Positions 9,837-21,610 are shown, numbered from the stretch's first letter. The stretch: 64,000 nucleotides of DNA from Acidiferrobacterales bacterium (GCA_036446455.1 JAZFSZ010000098.1:61-64060); one strand, 5' to 3'. Notes: generated from the sequence alone by a model not told the origin. A program made the numbers and translations.

Positions 9837-10730
9837 ATGAGCAAAAAAGACGAACCCCCCAGTAGTCGCGATGGCGCCAAGGCGTCATCACCCTCTTTTC
9901 TCGATCGCCTGAGTCAAGCACTACTGCGTGAACCAACCAGTCGTCTACAACTGGTTTCGATCTTACGTGATGCGCAGCAGCGTGATCTGCTGGACAGCGA
10001 TTCACTCGATATGATCGAGGGAGTACTACAGGTCTCGGAAATGCAGGTTCGCGACATCATGATTCCACGAGTACAAATGCAGGTGGTGGATAAGAACCAG
10101 ACACCGGAAGATTTTTTGCCGCTTGTTATTGAAGAGGCGCACTCGCGTTATCCCATGATCGATAGTGACAAGGACAAGGTGGTCGGTATTCTGCTGGCCA
10201 AGGACCTGTTGCGTTTCTTCCAGTTAAACAAGAAAGAATCGGATCTGGATCTGGATGACATTCTGCGTCCCGCGGTGTTTGTCCCGGAAAGCAAACGCCT
10301 TGATGTGCTACTGCGTGATTTCCGTACCAACCGTAACCACATGGCAATTGTTGTTGATGAATACGGTGGTGTGTCCGGGTTGGTCACCATTGAAGATGTG
10401 CTTGAACAAATTGTTGGTGAGATCGAGGATGAGCACGATATCGAAGACGACGACATGATGATATTGACACGCGGCGAGGGGCGCTATGTGGTGAAGGCGT
10501 TGCTGCCGCTTGAAGATTTCAACAGCCATTTCGACACGGCTTTTGAATTCGAAAATATCGATACCATTGGCGGACTGGTATTGATCACACTGGAGCATGT
10601 ACCGAAGCGCGGCGAGACGGTAGATCTCGATGGCTTACATATCAAGGTATTGCGTGCAGACAGTCGGCGCGTGCATCTGCTGGAGGTTACCCGGTCCGAC
10701 AAAACGTCTGCCCTGGAATCACAGGCCTGA
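9837..10730 (+). CDS. corC: Mg/Co efflux-associated protein CorC (YbeX; CBS pair + CorC_HlyC domain)
   Basis: 297 aa. CBS-pair region (VRDIMIPR...), a conserved transporter-associated C-terminal domain, and synteny. Confidence 0.9.
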   Translation: MSKKDEPPSSRDGAKASSPSFLDRLSQALLREPTSRLQLVSILRDAQQRDLLDSDSLDMIEGVLQVSEMQVRDIMIPRVQMQVVDKNQTPEDFLPLVIEEAHSRYPMIDSDKDKVVGILLAKDLLRFFQLNKKESDLDLDDILRPAVFVPESKRLDVLLRDFRTNRNHMAIVVDEYGGVSGLVTIEDVLEQIVGEIEDEHDIEDDDMMILTRGEGRYVVKALLPLEDFNSHFDTAFEFENIDTIGGLVLITLEHVPKRGETVDLDGLHIKVLRADSRRVHLLEVTRSDKTSALESQA

Positions 10731-12226
10731 TGCAGACTTCCCGCTGGCGGGAAAATCTGTTGGCGTTGGTGGCGGGTGCAGTGATGCCATTGGCGTTCGC
10801 ACCCGTTTCCCTGTTTCCATTTTCCCTGTTGTCACTGGCACTTTTGTTCAATCTGTGGTTGAACAACCCGGCGGCACGCCGTAGCGCCGTGCTGGGTTTT
10901 TACTTTGGTATTGGATTGTTTGCCGTCGGAGTGTCATGGGTATTCGTTAGTATGCACAACTTCGGCAATATGTCGGCACCCCTGGCAGTATTTGCGACAG
11001 TATTATTCATTGCCCCACTAGCATTATATGTGGCAGCTGTAGGCTGGTTACAGGCTCAGTTCAGCAGCATGCCAGCGTTCTGGCGTCTGCTGCTGGTAAT
11101 GCCATCATTGTGGGTGCTGGTTGAGTGGATTCGTAGCTGGTTGCTCACCGGTTTTCCCTGGCTCACAGTGGGTTACAGCCAGACCACCCTGCCGCTGAGC
11201 GGTTATGCCATCTGGCTAGGTGTCTTTGGCGTCAGTTTCATGGTGGCGGGCAGTGCCGGTTTATTACTTATGTGGTGGCGTCGGGGATGGCGCAGCGGCT
11301 GGCGGTTTGGTGCCGTGTTGCTCGCGTTGTGGATAGGCGGGGCGGTCTCATCGTTACCGGGCTGGGTCAGTCCGGCTGGCAATCCAGTGCGTGTGGCACT
11401 GGTACAAGGCAACGTACCACTGAAAATCAAATGGGATCCGAACTACCGCAAAGACATACTCGACCTGTACCTGAGACTTAGCCGCGATTATCGCGATGCC
11501 GATTTGATTGTCTGGCCGGAAGGAGCGCTACCACTGGCGCTGGAAAAAATGCCACCGGGTTTCGAAAAATCGGTTCGAGCGGAGGCGAGGAATTTTAAAA
11601 CCGATTTTTTGTTTGGTACTGTCAGTCAACAGGTTATAGAAGGCCGGCTTCAGTATTTCAATACGGTTGCCAGCATTGGCCGTGTCGATGGCCAGTATCG
11701 CAAGCGTCACCTGGTACCGTTTGGCGAATACCCGCCACTTAAACCGCTATTCAGTTGGCTACTGAACGCCATGAATATTCCCATGTCCGATTTCAGCAGG
11801 GGGGATGACGATCAGCGACCATTACAGCTGGCCGGAAACCCGGTTGGTATATCTGTGTGTTACGAAACTGCCTTCGGCAACGAAATCATTGATGTCCTGC
11901 CCGAGGCGACAATGCTGATCAATGTCAGTGAAAACGCATGGTTTGGACGTTCGTTCGGCCCGCATCAGCTACTGCAAATGACGCAGATGCGCGCCATTGA
12001 AACCGGACGGCCGATAATGCGGGCAGACAATGCCGGTCTGTCAGCGGCGGTGGACCATCGTGGGCGCGTGGTGGCGGTATCACCGCAGTTCCAGCAGTCA
12101 GTGCTGGCGGTATCGGTGCAACCAATGACCGGCTCCACCCCCTATGTCCGATTTGGAGATTGGCCCATTATCACGCTGATGTTGTTACTGCTGACCGGTC
12201 TGTGGTGGCGTAAAAACACACACTGA
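10730..12226 (+). CDS. lnt: Apolipoprotein N-acyltransferase
   Basis: 498 aa. Multi-TM N-terminal half, then a C-N hydrolase domain with the catalytic Cys context GISVCYETAF. TGATG overlap with corC. Confidence 0.92.
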   Translation: MQTSRWRENLLALVAGAVMPLAFAPVSLFPFSLLSLALLFNLWLNNPAARRSAVLGFYFGIGLFAVGVSWVFVSMHNFGNMSAPLAVFATVLFIAPLALYVAAVGWLQAQFSSMPAFWRLLLVMPSLWVLVEWIRSWLLTGFPWLTVGYSQTTLPLSGYAIWLGVFGVSFMVAGSAGLLLMWWRRGWRSGWRFGAVLLALWIGGAVSSLPGWVSPAGNPVRVALVQGNVPLKIKWDPNYRKDILDLYLRLSRDYRDADLIVWPEGALPLALEKMPPGFEKSVRAEARNFKTDFLFGTVSQQVIEGRLQYFNTVASIGRVDGQYRKRHLVPFGEYPPLKPLFSWLLNAMNIPMSDFSRGDDDQRPLQLAGNPVGISVCYETAFGNEIIDVLPEATMLINVSENAWFGRSFGPHQLLQMTQMRAIETGRPIMRADNAGLSAAVDHRGRVVAVSPQFQQSVLAVSVQPMTGSTPYVRFGDWPIITLMLLLLTGLWWRKNTH

Positions 12227-12311
12227 TACCCAAGACCTTGCCTGATGAATTCGGTATGCTTCACCCCTGAATCAATCCAGAATCAACCGAACAAACAGCA
12301 AGCATGACGTA

Positions 12312-14834
12312 ATGGACGAGTTATACAACCCACAAAAAATCGAGCAAGAGGCGCAGCAATACTGGGAAGAAAACAACAGTTTTTCCGTTACGGAAGACCC
12401 CGATAAAGAAAAATTTTATTGCCTTTCCATGTTTCCCTATCCCTCGGGGCAGTTACACATGGGCCACGTTCGCAATTACACCATTGGCGATGTCATCAGT
12501 CGCTATCAGCGCATGCGCGGCAAAAACGTATTACAGCCCATGGGCTGGGATGCTTTTGGTATGCCAGCGGAGAATGCCGCCATTAAAAACAAGGTCCCGC
12601 CCGCCAAATGGACCTACGAAAACATTGACTACATGCGCACCCAGCTCAAGCGGCTGGGGTTCGCCTATGACTGGGGACGTGAGCTCGCAACCTGTCAGCC
12701 GCAGTACTACCGCTGGGAGCAGTGGCTGTTTACCCGCCTGTTTGAGAAGGGTCTCGTCTATAAGAAATCGGCAGCGGTTAACTGGTGTCCCCATGACCAG
12801 ACGGTACTGGCCAATGAGCAAGTGGTCGACGGTTGTTGCTGGCGCTGCAATACGCCAGTGATCCGCAAGGAAATTCCGCAATGGTTTATGAGGATTACCG
12901 ATTACGCACAGGAGCTGCTGGATGATCTGGATAAGCTCAAGGATTGGCCAGAAAGGGTGCTGGCCATGCAGCGCAACTGGATCGGCCGATCAGAAGGTGT
13001 CGAGGTGTATTTTGAGGTGCCCGGACACGATCAACCATTGAAGGTGTTTACCACTCGTCCGGATACGCTCATGGGGGTGACCTATATGGCTGTGGCAGCC
13101 GAACATCCCCTGGCACGGGAAGCGGCCCAAGGCAGTGAAGACATCACCTTGTTTATTGCCCGCTGTGAGACTATGGATGTGTCGGAGGCCTCATTGGAGA
13201 CCGTCGAGAAGCTCGGTATGGATACCGGCCTGAAGGCGATTCACCCGGTCAGTGGCAAAGATGTGCCGATCTATATCGCCAATTTTGTCTTGATGACCTA
13301 TGGCGAGGGCGCAGTGATGGCAGTGCCGGCACACGACCAGCGTGACTGGGAGTTTGCCCGCAAATATGACATTACCATTGAACCGGTGGTATTTCCTGAA
13401 GACGGATCTGAACCTGATTTGCAACAGTGCGCCTATGTCGAGAAAGGTGTGCTCAGGAACTCGGGTGAGTTTAATGGATTGAGTTCGGCAAAGGCCTTCG
13501 ATGCTATCGCCGAGTATTTGGAGAAAGCCGGTAAGGGCCAACGCCAGGTGCACTTTCGTCTGCGCGACTGGGGCGTCTCGCGTCAGCGTTACTGGGGTGC
13601 GCCTATCCCTATTATTAATTGTCCTGCATGTGGACCGGTCGCCGTCCCAGATACCGATCTGCCTGTTGTCCTGCCAGAAGATGTCATTGTTGAGGGCACC
13701 GGATCACCCATCAAGAAAATGCCGTCATTTTATGAAACCACATGCCCTGGTTGCGGCGGCAAGGCCGAGCGCGAAACCGATACCTTCGATACCTTCATGG
13801 AGTCCAGCTGGTATTTCGCTCGCTACGCCTGTGCGGATAATGATACCGCCATGCTCGATGAGCGTGTCAATTACTGGTTACCGGTGGACCAGTATGTCGG
13901 TGGTATTGAACATGCCATCCTGCACTTACTGTATGCACGTTTTTATAATAAATTAATGCGTGACATCGGTTTGACTGAAATCGACGAACCATTTAACGCC
14001 CTGTTGACCCAGGGCATGGTGCTGAAAGATGGTAGCAAGATGTCGAAGTCAAAAGGTAACACCGTCGACCCGCAGGCCTTGATCGATGAATACGGCGCCG
14101 ATACCGCGCGCATGTTTACCATGTTTGCCGCCCCCCCGGAGCAATCCCTGGAGTGGTCGGATGATGCCGTTGCTGGTGCCCATCGTTTTCTCAAACGATT
14201 ATGGAAATTAGGTCGTAGTCTCCATGGAGAGTGGGCCATCGATTTGGAGCATGCATCAACTGCTAACATACCTGAAGCACCATACGACTGGTCGAATGCA
14301 AACGAAGAACAGAAAGCTATCCGGCGAAAGGTCCATTCGCATTTGCGGAAAGCCAATGACGATATGGAGAGACAACAATTTAATACAGTCATTTCTGCGG
14401 GAATGCAGATTCTCAGCACACTGACTCAACCGGTCCCTGGTCATAGCGGTAATAGTCCGGAGGAGGTGAGCCAACTCGGGCCGGTCTACAAACAGATACG
14501 GCATGAGGGCATGAGTATTCTGCTTAGAATGTTAGCTCCTATAGTGCCGCATATTGCTCATGCACTTTGGTTAAAATTAGGCTACAGCGGTGTCGTAATC
14601 AGTGCGCCTTGGCCAATGGTCGACACGTCAGCGCTGCAACTGGACGAGATCGAGATTGTGGTGCAGGTAAACGGCAAGCTGCGTGACCGGATCAAGATTC
14701 CAAGCGATGCAGATAATGCGGCGATGGAGAAGCGGGCGCTGGCGAGCGCAAAGGTTCAGCAACATATCGAGGGCAAAACCATTCGCAAGACAATTGTGGT
14801 ACCGGGCAAACTGGTGAACATCGTTGCCAATTAA
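12312..14834 (+). CDS. leuS: Leucine--tRNA ligase
   Basis: 840 aa. HIGH-type motif [18 protein letters not shown] present, and a CP1 editing-domain-sized insert. Confidence 0.97.
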   Translation: MDELYNPQKIEQEAQQYWEENNSFSVTEDPDKEKFYCLSMFPYPSGQLHMGHVRNYTIGDVISRYQRMRGKNVLQPMGWDAFGMPAENAAIKNKVPPAKWTYENIDYMRTQLKRLGFAYDWGRELATCQPQYYRWEQWLFTRLFEKGLVYKKSAAVNWCPHDQTVLANEQVVDGCCWRCNTPVIRKEIPQWFMRITDYAQELLDDLDKLKDWPERVLAMQRNWIGRSEGVEVYFEVPGHDQPLKVFTTRPDTLMGVTYMAVAAEHPLAREAAQGSEDITLFIARCETMDVSEASLETVEKLGMDTGLKAIHPVSGKDVPIYIANFVLMTYGEGAVMAVPAHDQRDWEFARKYDITIEPVVFPEDGSEPDLQQCAYVEKGVLRNSGEFNGLSSAKAFDAIAEYLEKAGKGQRQVHFRLRDWGVSRQRYWGAPIPIINCPACGPVAVPDTDLPVVLPEDVIVEGTGSPIKKMPSFYETTCPGCGGKAERETDTFDTFMESSWYFARYACADNDTAMLDERVNYWLPVDQYVGGIEHAILHLLYARFYNKLMRDIGLTEIDEPFNALLTQGMVLKDGSKMSKSKGNTVDPQALIDEYGADTARMFTMFAAPPEQSLEWSDDAVAGAHRFLKRLWKLGRSLHGEWAIDLEHASTANIPEAPYDWSNANEEQKAIRRKVHSHLRKANDDMERQQFNTVISAGMQILSTLTQPVPGHSGNSPEEVSQLGPVYKQIRHEGMSILLRMLAPIVPHIAHALWLKLGYSGVVISAPWPMVDTSALQLDEIEIVVQVNGKLRDRIKIPSDADNAAMEKRALASAKVQQHIEGKTIRKTIVVPGKLVNIVAN

Positions 14835-15360
14835 CCGGTTAGCAAAATCTACCAAGTTCAATGGTGGCGTGGCAGGCCTGATCGTCTTTTGCCTGTTGGT
14901 CACGGGTTGCGGTTTCCAGCTACGCGGTAGCGGGCAAGCCATCGTCTGGCCTGCGCAATTGCAGAAACTGCAACTGCGATTTGACGGCTCCGTGGACCCT
15001 GATTTTCGTGCGTCGCTGCGTAACCGTATAATCGATCGTTATGGTGTGGAAATCGTAAAAGATGATGCACCTGAACTGGTGATTTCCGGCGTCACCCGCG
15101 ATCGCCGGGTTTTGTCCTTGGGCGCCACCGGCAAGGTAAGTGAGTACTTGCTACGCTTTCAAGCCAGTTTCGTGTTACTCCATGAAGATGGCAAATCAAT
15201 AATTGATAAACAGACGGTCAGGCTGCAGCGTGACTTTAGCTTCGATAACACCAGGCTTCTGGCCAAGGAACTGGAAGAATCGCGTCTGTCCAAACAGATG
15301 CAAAACGATGCGGTCAGGCGTATTCTGCGTAAAGTGATCGCTTTAACCCCGAATCTGTAA
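14824..15360 (+). CDS. lptE: LPS-assembly lipoprotein LptE
   Basis: 178 aa. Lipobox [12 protein letters not shown]. Conserved position between leuS and holA. The start (TTG 14824 versus GTG 14869) is uncertain. Confidence 0.8.
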   Translation: MPINRLAKSTKFNGGVAGLIVFCLLVTGCGFQLRGSGQAIVWPAQLQKLQLRFDGSVDPDFRASLRNRIIDRYGVEIVKDDAPELVISGVTRDRRVLSLGATGKVSEYLLRFQASFVLLHEDGKSIIDKQTVRLQRDFSFDNTRLLAKELEESRLSKQMQNDAVRRILRKVIALTPNL

Positions 15361-15363
15361 TCA

Positions 15364-16386
15364 ATGCAGCTTGGCGCACAGCAACTCAGTAGCCACCTCG
15401 CTGGTGCACTGGCGCGCGTTTACCTTATTCATGGTGATGAAGTCCTGCTGGCCGACGAGGCCTGTCAACTGGTGCGGGATCAGGCCAGGGCGCAAGGTTT
15501 TAGTGAGCGGCAGGTATTTACGGTCGATAGAGGTTTTGACTGGCAATCCCTGAGCAGCTATTCGCAATCATTGTCACTCTTTGCCGAAAAGCGGTTGCTG
15601 GAACTGCGCCTGCCCGGAGGGAAACCGGGTACCGCGGGTGCGGCAGCCTTGCAGGAATTTGTCAGCCAGGCGAGTGATGATACTGTCTTGTTGATCTGGA
15701 GTGGGCGCCTGGACAAAAAGGCACAGGCCGCCAAATGGGTCAAGGCACTGGATGCCGCCGGCGTAGTGGTGGCGATTTATACACCCAGTAAGGCCGAATT
15801 GCCGGGCTGGATTGGCCAGCGCCTGCGCGCCAAGGGCCTTGAGCCCGGTGCCGGGGTAACTGATATGCTGGCCTATCGCTATGAGGGCAATCTGCTGGCC
15901 TGTTCGCAGGAAGTGGAAAAGTTGAGCCTGTTATTCGACCAGGGTAGCGTTACGCTGGCTGACATCGAGGGTAAACTTGGCGACAATGCCCGTTTCGATG
16001 TTTTCGGGTTAGCGGATTTGTGCCTGCAGGGCGATGCCGCCGCCGTCGTCAGGGCGTTGCAGGGTCTGCGTGCCGAGGGAACGGCGCCGACGTTGATACT
16101 GTGGGCGCTGGTGCGGGAAATCCGGTCGCTGGCGCAAATGGCAAACGATCTGGCGACTGGCAAAGCGGAGCAACAGGTATTCCGGGCTCATCGTGTGTGG
16201 GCAAAGCGCCAGTCAATGGTACGGTCGGCCTTGAAACGACACCCGCTGAATCGCTGGTATACCCTGCTTCAGGGCAGTCATCGTGCTGATAAAGTAATCA
16301 AAGGCAGAGAGCCAGGCGAGGCGTGGCAGGCGCTGCAGGCATTGGGTCTCGCATTTTGTGGTGTACGATTCAGTCGAGTGAGTTGA
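15364..16386 (+). CDS. holA: DNA polymerase III delta subunit
   Basis: 340 aa. N-terminal VYLIHGDEVLL pattern typical of HolA. Conserved leuS-lptE-holA order. Confidence 0.8.
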   Translation: MQLGAQQLSSHLAGALARVYLIHGDEVLLADEACQLVRDQARAQGFSERQVFTVDRGFDWQSLSSYSQSLSLFAEKRLLELRLPGGKPGTAGAAALQEFVSQASDDTVLLIWSGRLDKKAQAAKWVKALDAAGVVVAIYTPSKAELPGWIGQRLRAKGLEPGAGVTDMLAYRYEGNLLACSQEVEKLSLLFDQGSVTLADIEGKLGDNARFDVFGLADLCLQGDAAAVVRALQGLRAEGTAPTLILWALVREIRSLAQMANDLATGKAEQQVFRAHRVWAKRQSMVRSALKRHPLNRWYTLLQGSHRADKVIKGREPGEAWQALQALGLAFCGVRFSRVS

Positions 16387-16432
16387 GGCAAAGAGGGTGG
16401 AAGTATACTTCCGCCACAGATGAAACAAGACA

Positions 16433-17719
16433 ATGGCAACGGTAGTCAATGAAATAAAGAAAGAAGATGTTAGCGCTTATATGCAGGCGGTAGGCGCGTG
16501 CGCGCGTGAAGCCTCACTGGCGATAGGTCGTGCCACCACGGCAACCAAAAACAATGCACTTTTGGCCATCGCCGTTGCCATCGAGCACGCGCGTGACACA
16601 CTGCTGCAGGCAAATGCCAAAGACCTGGAGGCGGGTCGCCAGGACGGGCTGGATGATGCCCTGCTCGACCGGCTGGAGCTGAACGATGATCGTATTGCCG
16701 CTATGGCGGAAGGCCTGCGGCAGATAGCAGCACTGCCCGACCCGGTTGGCGACATTACCGATTTGGCCTATCGGCCCTCGGGAATCCAGGTAGGCAAGAT
16801 GCGTGTGCCCCTAGGTGTCATCGGAATTATTTATGAATCACGTCCCAATGTAACCGTGGACGCCGCCGCGCTATGTCTGAAGTCGGGGAATGCAGCTATC
16901 TTGCGCGGTGGATCGGAGGCGATTCACTCCAACAAGGCGATTGCCGATACCATTCATCAAGGCCTGCAATCGGCAGGCCTGCCAATGGAGGTGGTGCAAG
17001 TGGTTGAAACCACCGACCGCGCTGCAGTGGGTGAGCTCATTCGTCTGAAACAATACGTTGATATTATTGTGCCGCGTGGTGGCAAGGGCCTGATTGAGCG
17101 CGTCAGTGCCGAGGCGACGGTACCGGTTATTAAACATTTGCATGGCGTGTGTCATGTTTATATCGATGACACAGCCGATGTGACAAAAGCCGTCGATATT
17201 GCCTTTAATGCCAAGACGCAGCGATACGGTACCTGCAACACCATGGAGACCCTGTTGGTGGCGAGGGGCATGGCTGCCCAGGTCTTGCCTGAATTGGCGA
17301 AAAAATATACCGATGAAGGTGTGGAACTGCGGGGCTGTGAGAAGACACGCCAGTTGGTAGATGGCATCCAGTCAGCGTCAGAGGAAGACTGGGATACAGA
17401 ATATCTTGCCCCCATTCTGTCCATTCGCGTAGTGGAAGATCTGGATGCGGCGCTGGAACATATTCGTCAGCACGGATCCGGTCATACCGATTCCATCGTT
17501 ACGGAAAACTGGTCGCATGCGCGACGTTTTCTGCGCGAGGTGGATTCCAGTTCGGTGATGGTCAACGCGTCTACGCGATTCGCCGACGGTTTTGAATATG
17601 GTCTGGGTGCCGAGATCGGAATCAGTACCGACAAAATCCATGTACGGGGTCCGGTGGGTCTTGAGGGGCTGACGTCACAGAAATTTGTTGTGTTCGGTGA
17701 CGGCCACATACGCACCTAG
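16433..17719 (+). CDS. proA: Gamma-glutamyl phosphate reductase
   Basis: 428 aa. Aldehyde-dehydrogenase-fold ProA pattern ([40 protein letters not shown]). Confidence 0.95.
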   Translation: MATVVNEIKKEDVSAYMQAVGACAREASLAIGRATTATKNNALLAIAVAIEHARDTLLQANAKDLEAGRQDGLDDALLDRLELNDDRIAAMAEGLRQIAALPDPVGDITDLAYRPSGIQVGKMRVPLGVIGIIYESRPNVTVDAAALCLKSGNAAILRGGSEAIHSNKAIADTIHQGLQSAGLPMEVVQVVETTDRAAVGELIRLKQYVDIIVPRGGKGLIERVSAEATVPVIKHLHGVCHVYIDDTADVTKAVDIAFNAKTQRYGTCNTMETLLVARGMAAQVLPELAKKYTDEGVELRGCEKTRQLVDGIQSASEEDWDTEYLAPILSIRVVEDLDAALEHIRQHGSGHTDSIVTENWSHARRFLREVDSSSVMVNASTRFADGFEYGLGAEIGISTDKIHVRGPVGLEGLTSQKFVVFGDGHIRT

Positions 17720-17748
17720 CGAATAGTTGTCCATAAATACCTGTTTGT

Positions 17749-18363
17749 ATGATCGGCATCTTCGGCGGTACCTTCGATCCCATTCATTACGGCCACTTGC
17801 GGCCAGCAGCGGAAGTGGGGCAATTGCTGTCACTGGAAAAACTGTTTCTTGTTCCAGCATCGGTACCGCCCCATCGACAAGCACCTGTCGCGACCGCCGA
17901 GCAGCGTTTACAGCTGATGCGATTGGCGGTAAGCGAGTTTCCGCAAATGGAGGTGGACGACTGCGAAATTCGGCGCGGCGGTATTTCCTATACCGTCGAC
18001 ACCCTGCGTCATTATCGACAACTGTATCCACAAACATCGCTATGTTTGTTGTTAGGGAGTGACGCTTTTGCCTCTATGCAATCGTGGCATCAGTGGCGGT
18101 CGCTGCTGACACTGGCACATCTTGTTGTGATGCAGCGTCCCCACCATGACGATGTGGTGCCGGAATGGAGCGAGGCGCGACTGATCAGACATGTTGATGG
18201 GTTAATGAATTCTGCATCGGGAAAGGTTTATATTCAGAAGGTCACCCCACAGGATATTTCGGCAACCGGGATTCGACAGGCCATCGCCGCAAAAAACGAG
18301 TTTGCCACTTTGCTACCGTCCCGGGTTTTGCAATACATCCAGAAGTACAACATATATGAGTAA
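17749..18363 (+). CDS. nadD: Nicotinate-nucleotide adenylyltransferase
   Basis: 204 aa. IGIFGGTFDPIHYGH nucleotidyltransferase motif and ISATGIR near the C-terminus. Confidence 0.93.
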   Translation: MIGIFGGTFDPIHYGHLRPAAEVGQLLSLEKLFLVPASVPPHRQAPVATAEQRLQLMRLAVSEFPQMEVDDCEIRRGGISYTVDTLRHYRQLYPQTSLCLLLGSDAFASMQSWHQWRSLLTLAHLVVMQRPHHDDVVPEWSEARLIRHVDGLMNSASGKVYIQKVTPQDISATGIRQAIAAKNEFATLLPSRVLQYIQKYNIYE

Positions 18364-18370
18364 CAAATAA

Positions 18371-18727
18371 ATGGATTCGGAAAAAATGCTACAAACAGTT
18401 TTGTCTGCGCTGGAAGATGCCAAGGCGCAGAATACTATCTCCATTGACGTGCGCAACGTTACCGATATTACGGACTATATGGTCATCGCCAGTGGTACCT
18501 CGAGCCGACACGTGAAATCAGTGGCTGGCAAGGTGGTGGGCACGCTTCAGGACGCCGGCAACAAACCGCTCGGTGTTGAAGGCGAAGACCAGGGCGAGTG
18601 GGTACTGGTCGATTTTGGAGACGTCATTTTGCACGTAATGCAACCAGTAACACGAGAGTACTATCAGTTGGAAAAGCTGTGGGGGCATGATGCGGTGGCT
18701 AAAAAGGCCAGCCACCCCGCCGAATAA
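18371..18727 (+). CDS. rsfS: Ribosomal silencing factor RsfS
   Basis: 118 aa. DYMVIASGTSSRHV and WVLVDFGDVILHVM patterns. nadD-rsfS-rlmH synteny. Confidence 0.92.
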   Translation: MDSEKMLQTVLSALEDAKAQNTISIDVRNVTDITDYMVIASGTSSRHVKSVAGKVVGTLQDAGNKPLGVEGEDQGEWVLVDFGDVILHVMQPVTREYYQLEKLWGHDAVAKKASHPAE

Positions 18728-18751
18728 TAATACCTGGCCTGCGGACAGACG

Positions 18752-19225
18752 ATGCGCATCCATATTATTTCGGTCGGTACCCGAATGCCGAAATGGGTGA
18801 AAACGGCCTGTGAAGAGTATGCCCGGCGACTGCCTCCTCACTGCCGGTTTGAAATCAGGGAGATCGGCGCCGGAAAACGGCTCAAAGGCAGTGATATTAA
18901 ACGGGTAATGCGTGATGAAGGCGAGCGCATCCTGGCGGCCCTGCCGAAAGACTGTGACGTCATTGCACTGGAGCGCACGGGCAGACAGATCAATACCATT
19001 TATGTGGCAGAGCAGATGAAGCAGTGGCTTTCAGGCGGACGCAATATCGCTCTGCTGATCGGCGGGCCTGAGGGGCTGTCGGAAGCGTGTCTTGAGCGGG
19101 CGGACACGCAGTGGTCACTGTCGGCGCTGACACTGGCCCACCCCGTGGTCAGGGTGGTGCTGGCCGAACAGCTTTATCGTGCCTGGAGCATCCTTGAGAA
19201 TCGTCCATACCATCGGGGTGACTAA
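18752..19225 (+). CDS. rlmH: 23S rRNA (pseudouridine1915-N3)-methyltransferase RlmH
   Basis: 157 aa. SPOUT-type C-terminus (LLIGGPEGL..., SLSALTLAHPVVRVVLAEQLYRAWSI). Confidence 0.93.
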   Translation: MRIHIISVGTRMPKWVKTACEEYARRLPPHCRFEIREIGAGKRLKGSDIKRVMRDEGERILAALPKDCDVIALERTGRQINTIYVAEQMKQWLSGGRNIALLIGGPEGLSEACLERADTQWSLSALTLAHPVVRVVLAEQLYRAWSILENRPYHRGD

Positions 19226-19454
19226 AAGGATGTTGAAAAAGTCATTCCGTGGACTTTCCGGAAGCGGGAAAATGCGGTTCCCCGTTTGCTCTCATCTCTG
19301 AAGACTTGTCGTCATAAGAGATGACAATACATCTATGTATTGCAGGCAGGCTGTTGAAAAACACCGTTTTAGTTAACCTGCTATACCGGCTATCCCCTGA
19401 ATGGCAAACCTGCAAGCACGCAGCGCCAAGGACGTTTATACTTGGGGTTCGTGA

Positions 19455-20099
19455 TTGTTCGGCATCCAAAACCCGTTGACAGAAGTGAACCCAGACTCCG
19501 ATAGCCCCGACTTGAAGCAAATTACTGTTTATCTGGCCTCAGCCTCTCCGCGTCGAAGGCAATTGCTACAGCAGGCGGGTGTTCATTTTCAGGTCATCTT
19601 GCCCGACATTGATGAAGTGGTGAAGTCTAAGGAATCAGCAGAAGAGTTTGTGATGCGAATGGCGCTGGAAAAGGCGCAGGCAGGGCTGGCACTGGTAATC
19701 AAGGAAAACCGGCCTCTTGCCCCGGTGCTGGGTGCCGACACCTGCATCGTTCTGGAAAACGAAATTATCGGCAAACCGGGTAGTCGAGCGGAAGGTATTC
19801 GTATGCTGACAAGACTGGCAGGACGGTCTCACGAGGTCTTGACCGGTGTTGCCCTGGTGGAAGAGGAGAACATCCAGCAGGCACTCAGTCGTAGCCGGGT
19901 TGTATTCGTACCCTTGTCTGCAAAAGAGATCGAAGACTACTGGGAGAGTGGTGAACCGGTCGGTAAGGCAGGCGCTTATGCCATTCAGGGTAAGGCAGGC
20001 GCCTTCGTTGAGCGCATCGAGGGCAGCTATACGGGAATTGTTGGATTGCCGCTCAATGATATTGTTAGCATGATTAAAAAAACTGGCGCGAGATCGTGA
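19455..20099 (+). CDS. maf: Maf-like nucleoside triphosphate pyrophosphatase
   Basis: Maf motif YLASASPRRRQLL, and the conserved GAD and AYAIQG regions. The ORF starts at TTG 19455. In-frame GTG 19485 and TTG 19512 would give a more typical length, so the start is uncertain. Confidence 0.85.
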   Translation: MFGIQNPLTEVNPDSDSPDLKQITVYLASASPRRRQLLQQAGVHFQVILPDIDEVVKSKESAEEFVMRMALEKAQAGLALVIKENRPLAPVLGADTCIVLENEIIGKPGSRAEGIRMLTRLAGRSHEVLTGVALVEEENIQQALSRSRVVFVPLSAKEIEDYWESGEPVGKAGAYAIQGKAGAFVERIEGSYTGIVGLPLNDIVSMIKKTGARS

Positions 20100-21559
20100 G
20101 CGAAGAAATTCTAATAAATGTAACACCACAAGAAACACGAATTGCGATTGTGGAAAATGGTGTTCTGCAGGAAGTCCATGTCGAGCGTACCAGCAATCGC
20201 GGCATCGTTGGTAATATCTACAAGGGCAAGGTGGTGCGCAACCTGCCGGGTATGCAAGCGGCATTTGTTGAAATCGGTCTTAAGCGCACTGCTTTCCTGC
20301 ATGCGGCCGACGTGTTTACGCCTGATACCGCAGTGAATGGCCAGACTGAACCTCCGCCCATAAACGAGTTGTTGCACGAAGGGCAGGAGGTGCTGGTACA
20401 GGTATTAAAGGACCCACTTGGGACCAAGGGTGCGCGCCTCACTATGCACATTACCTTGCCAGCACGACATCTGGTTTATTTGCCGTCTTCAAACCACATC
20501 GGTGTATCGCAAAAGATAGAAGACGATGAAACCCGCGAACGTTTGCGACAGATTGTGAAATCCGCGGTTGAGGGAGACGAACAGGGTGGATACATTCTGC
20601 GCACCATGGCGGAGAATGCGACAGAAGAAGAGCTAAAAGTCGATATCCGCTATTTGCGCAAGATCTGGAATATTGCCAGAGCCAGGAGCGAGAAGATTCC
20701 AGTATCGATGCTGGTGCATGAAGACTTGCCGCTGGCGATGCGGGCCATGCGTGATATTGTTAGCAGTGCAACCGAACAGGTGCGAATTGACTCGCGTGAG
20801 ACGTTCCAGAAGGCACAGGAGTTTGTGAGCGAATTTATTCCCGAACTGGATACCCGCATTCAGTACTATCCCGGAGAGCGCCCCATTTTTGATCTCTATT
20901 CCGTCGAAGACGAGATTCAGAAGGCACTGGAACGCAAGGTACTGCTCAAATCGGGTGGTTATCTGATTTTCGATCAGACCGAGGCGATGACAACAGTCGA
21001 TGTGAATACCGGAGCCTACGTGGGAAGAAAGAATCTGGAAGAGACGCTGCTAAAAACCAATCTCGAAGCTGCGCAGGCCATTGCACGGCAATTACGATTG
21101 CGTAATCTCGGCGGCATCATCATTATCGATTTTATTGATATGAATGATGATGAACACAAGCGTATGGTCATGCGTGCATTGGAAAAATGGATATCACGCG
21201 ACCGCAGCAAGGTGCATCTGACGCAGATATCGCAATTGGGGCTGGTCGAGCTGACGCGCAAGCGAACCCGTGAGAGTCTCGAGCACGTACTCTGTGAACC
21301 CTGCAGTGTATGTGGCGGGCGCAGCATGTTGAAAACGGCCCAGACCGTGTGTTATGAAATTTTCAGGGAGATATTGCGGGAGGCCAGGCAGTTTGGTGGC
21401 GACCAGTATCTCGTAATCGGGTCCCAGTCTGTTATTGATATGCTGCTGGATGAAGAGGCTGAAGGTTTGGAAAAACTGCAGGAGTTTATTGATAAGCCAA
21501 TCAACCTGCAGGTGGAGCCACTTTATCAGTCGGAACAATATGATGTGGTTCTGGTCTGA
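20096..21559 (+). CDS. rng: Ribonuclease G
   Basis: 487 aa. S1 domain GNIYKGKVVRNLPGMQAAFVEIG and an RNase E/G catalytic core. GTG start overlaps the maf stop. maf-rng-yhdP order as in E. coli. Confidence 0.92.
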   Translation: MSEEILINVTPQETRIAIVENGVLQEVHVERTSNRGIVGNIYKGKVVRNLPGMQAAFVEIGLKRTAFLHAADVFTPDTAVNGQTEPPPINELLHEGQEVLVQVLKDPLGTKGARLTMHITLPARHLVYLPSSNHIGVSQKIEDDETRERLRQIVKSAVEGDEQGGYILRTMAENATEEELKVDIRYLRKIWNIARARSEKIPVSMLVHEDLPLAMRAMRDIVSSATEQVRIDSRETFQKAQEFVSEFIPELDTRIQYYPGERPIFDLYSVEDEIQKALERKVLLKSGGYLIFDQTEAMTTVDVNTGAYVGRKNLEETLLKTNLEAAQAIARQLRLRNLGGIIIIDFIDMNDDEHKRMVMRALEKWISRDRSKVHLTQISQLGLVELTRKRTRESLEHVLCEPCSVCGGRSMLKTAQTVCYEIFREILREARQFGGDQYLVIGSQSVIDMLLDEEAEGLEKLQEFIDKPINLQVEPLYQSEQYDVVLV

Positions 21560-21610
21560 TTTCATGACCATGCGAACTCACAATTACTCTCCTCTATTGA
21601 CAGGTAGGGT

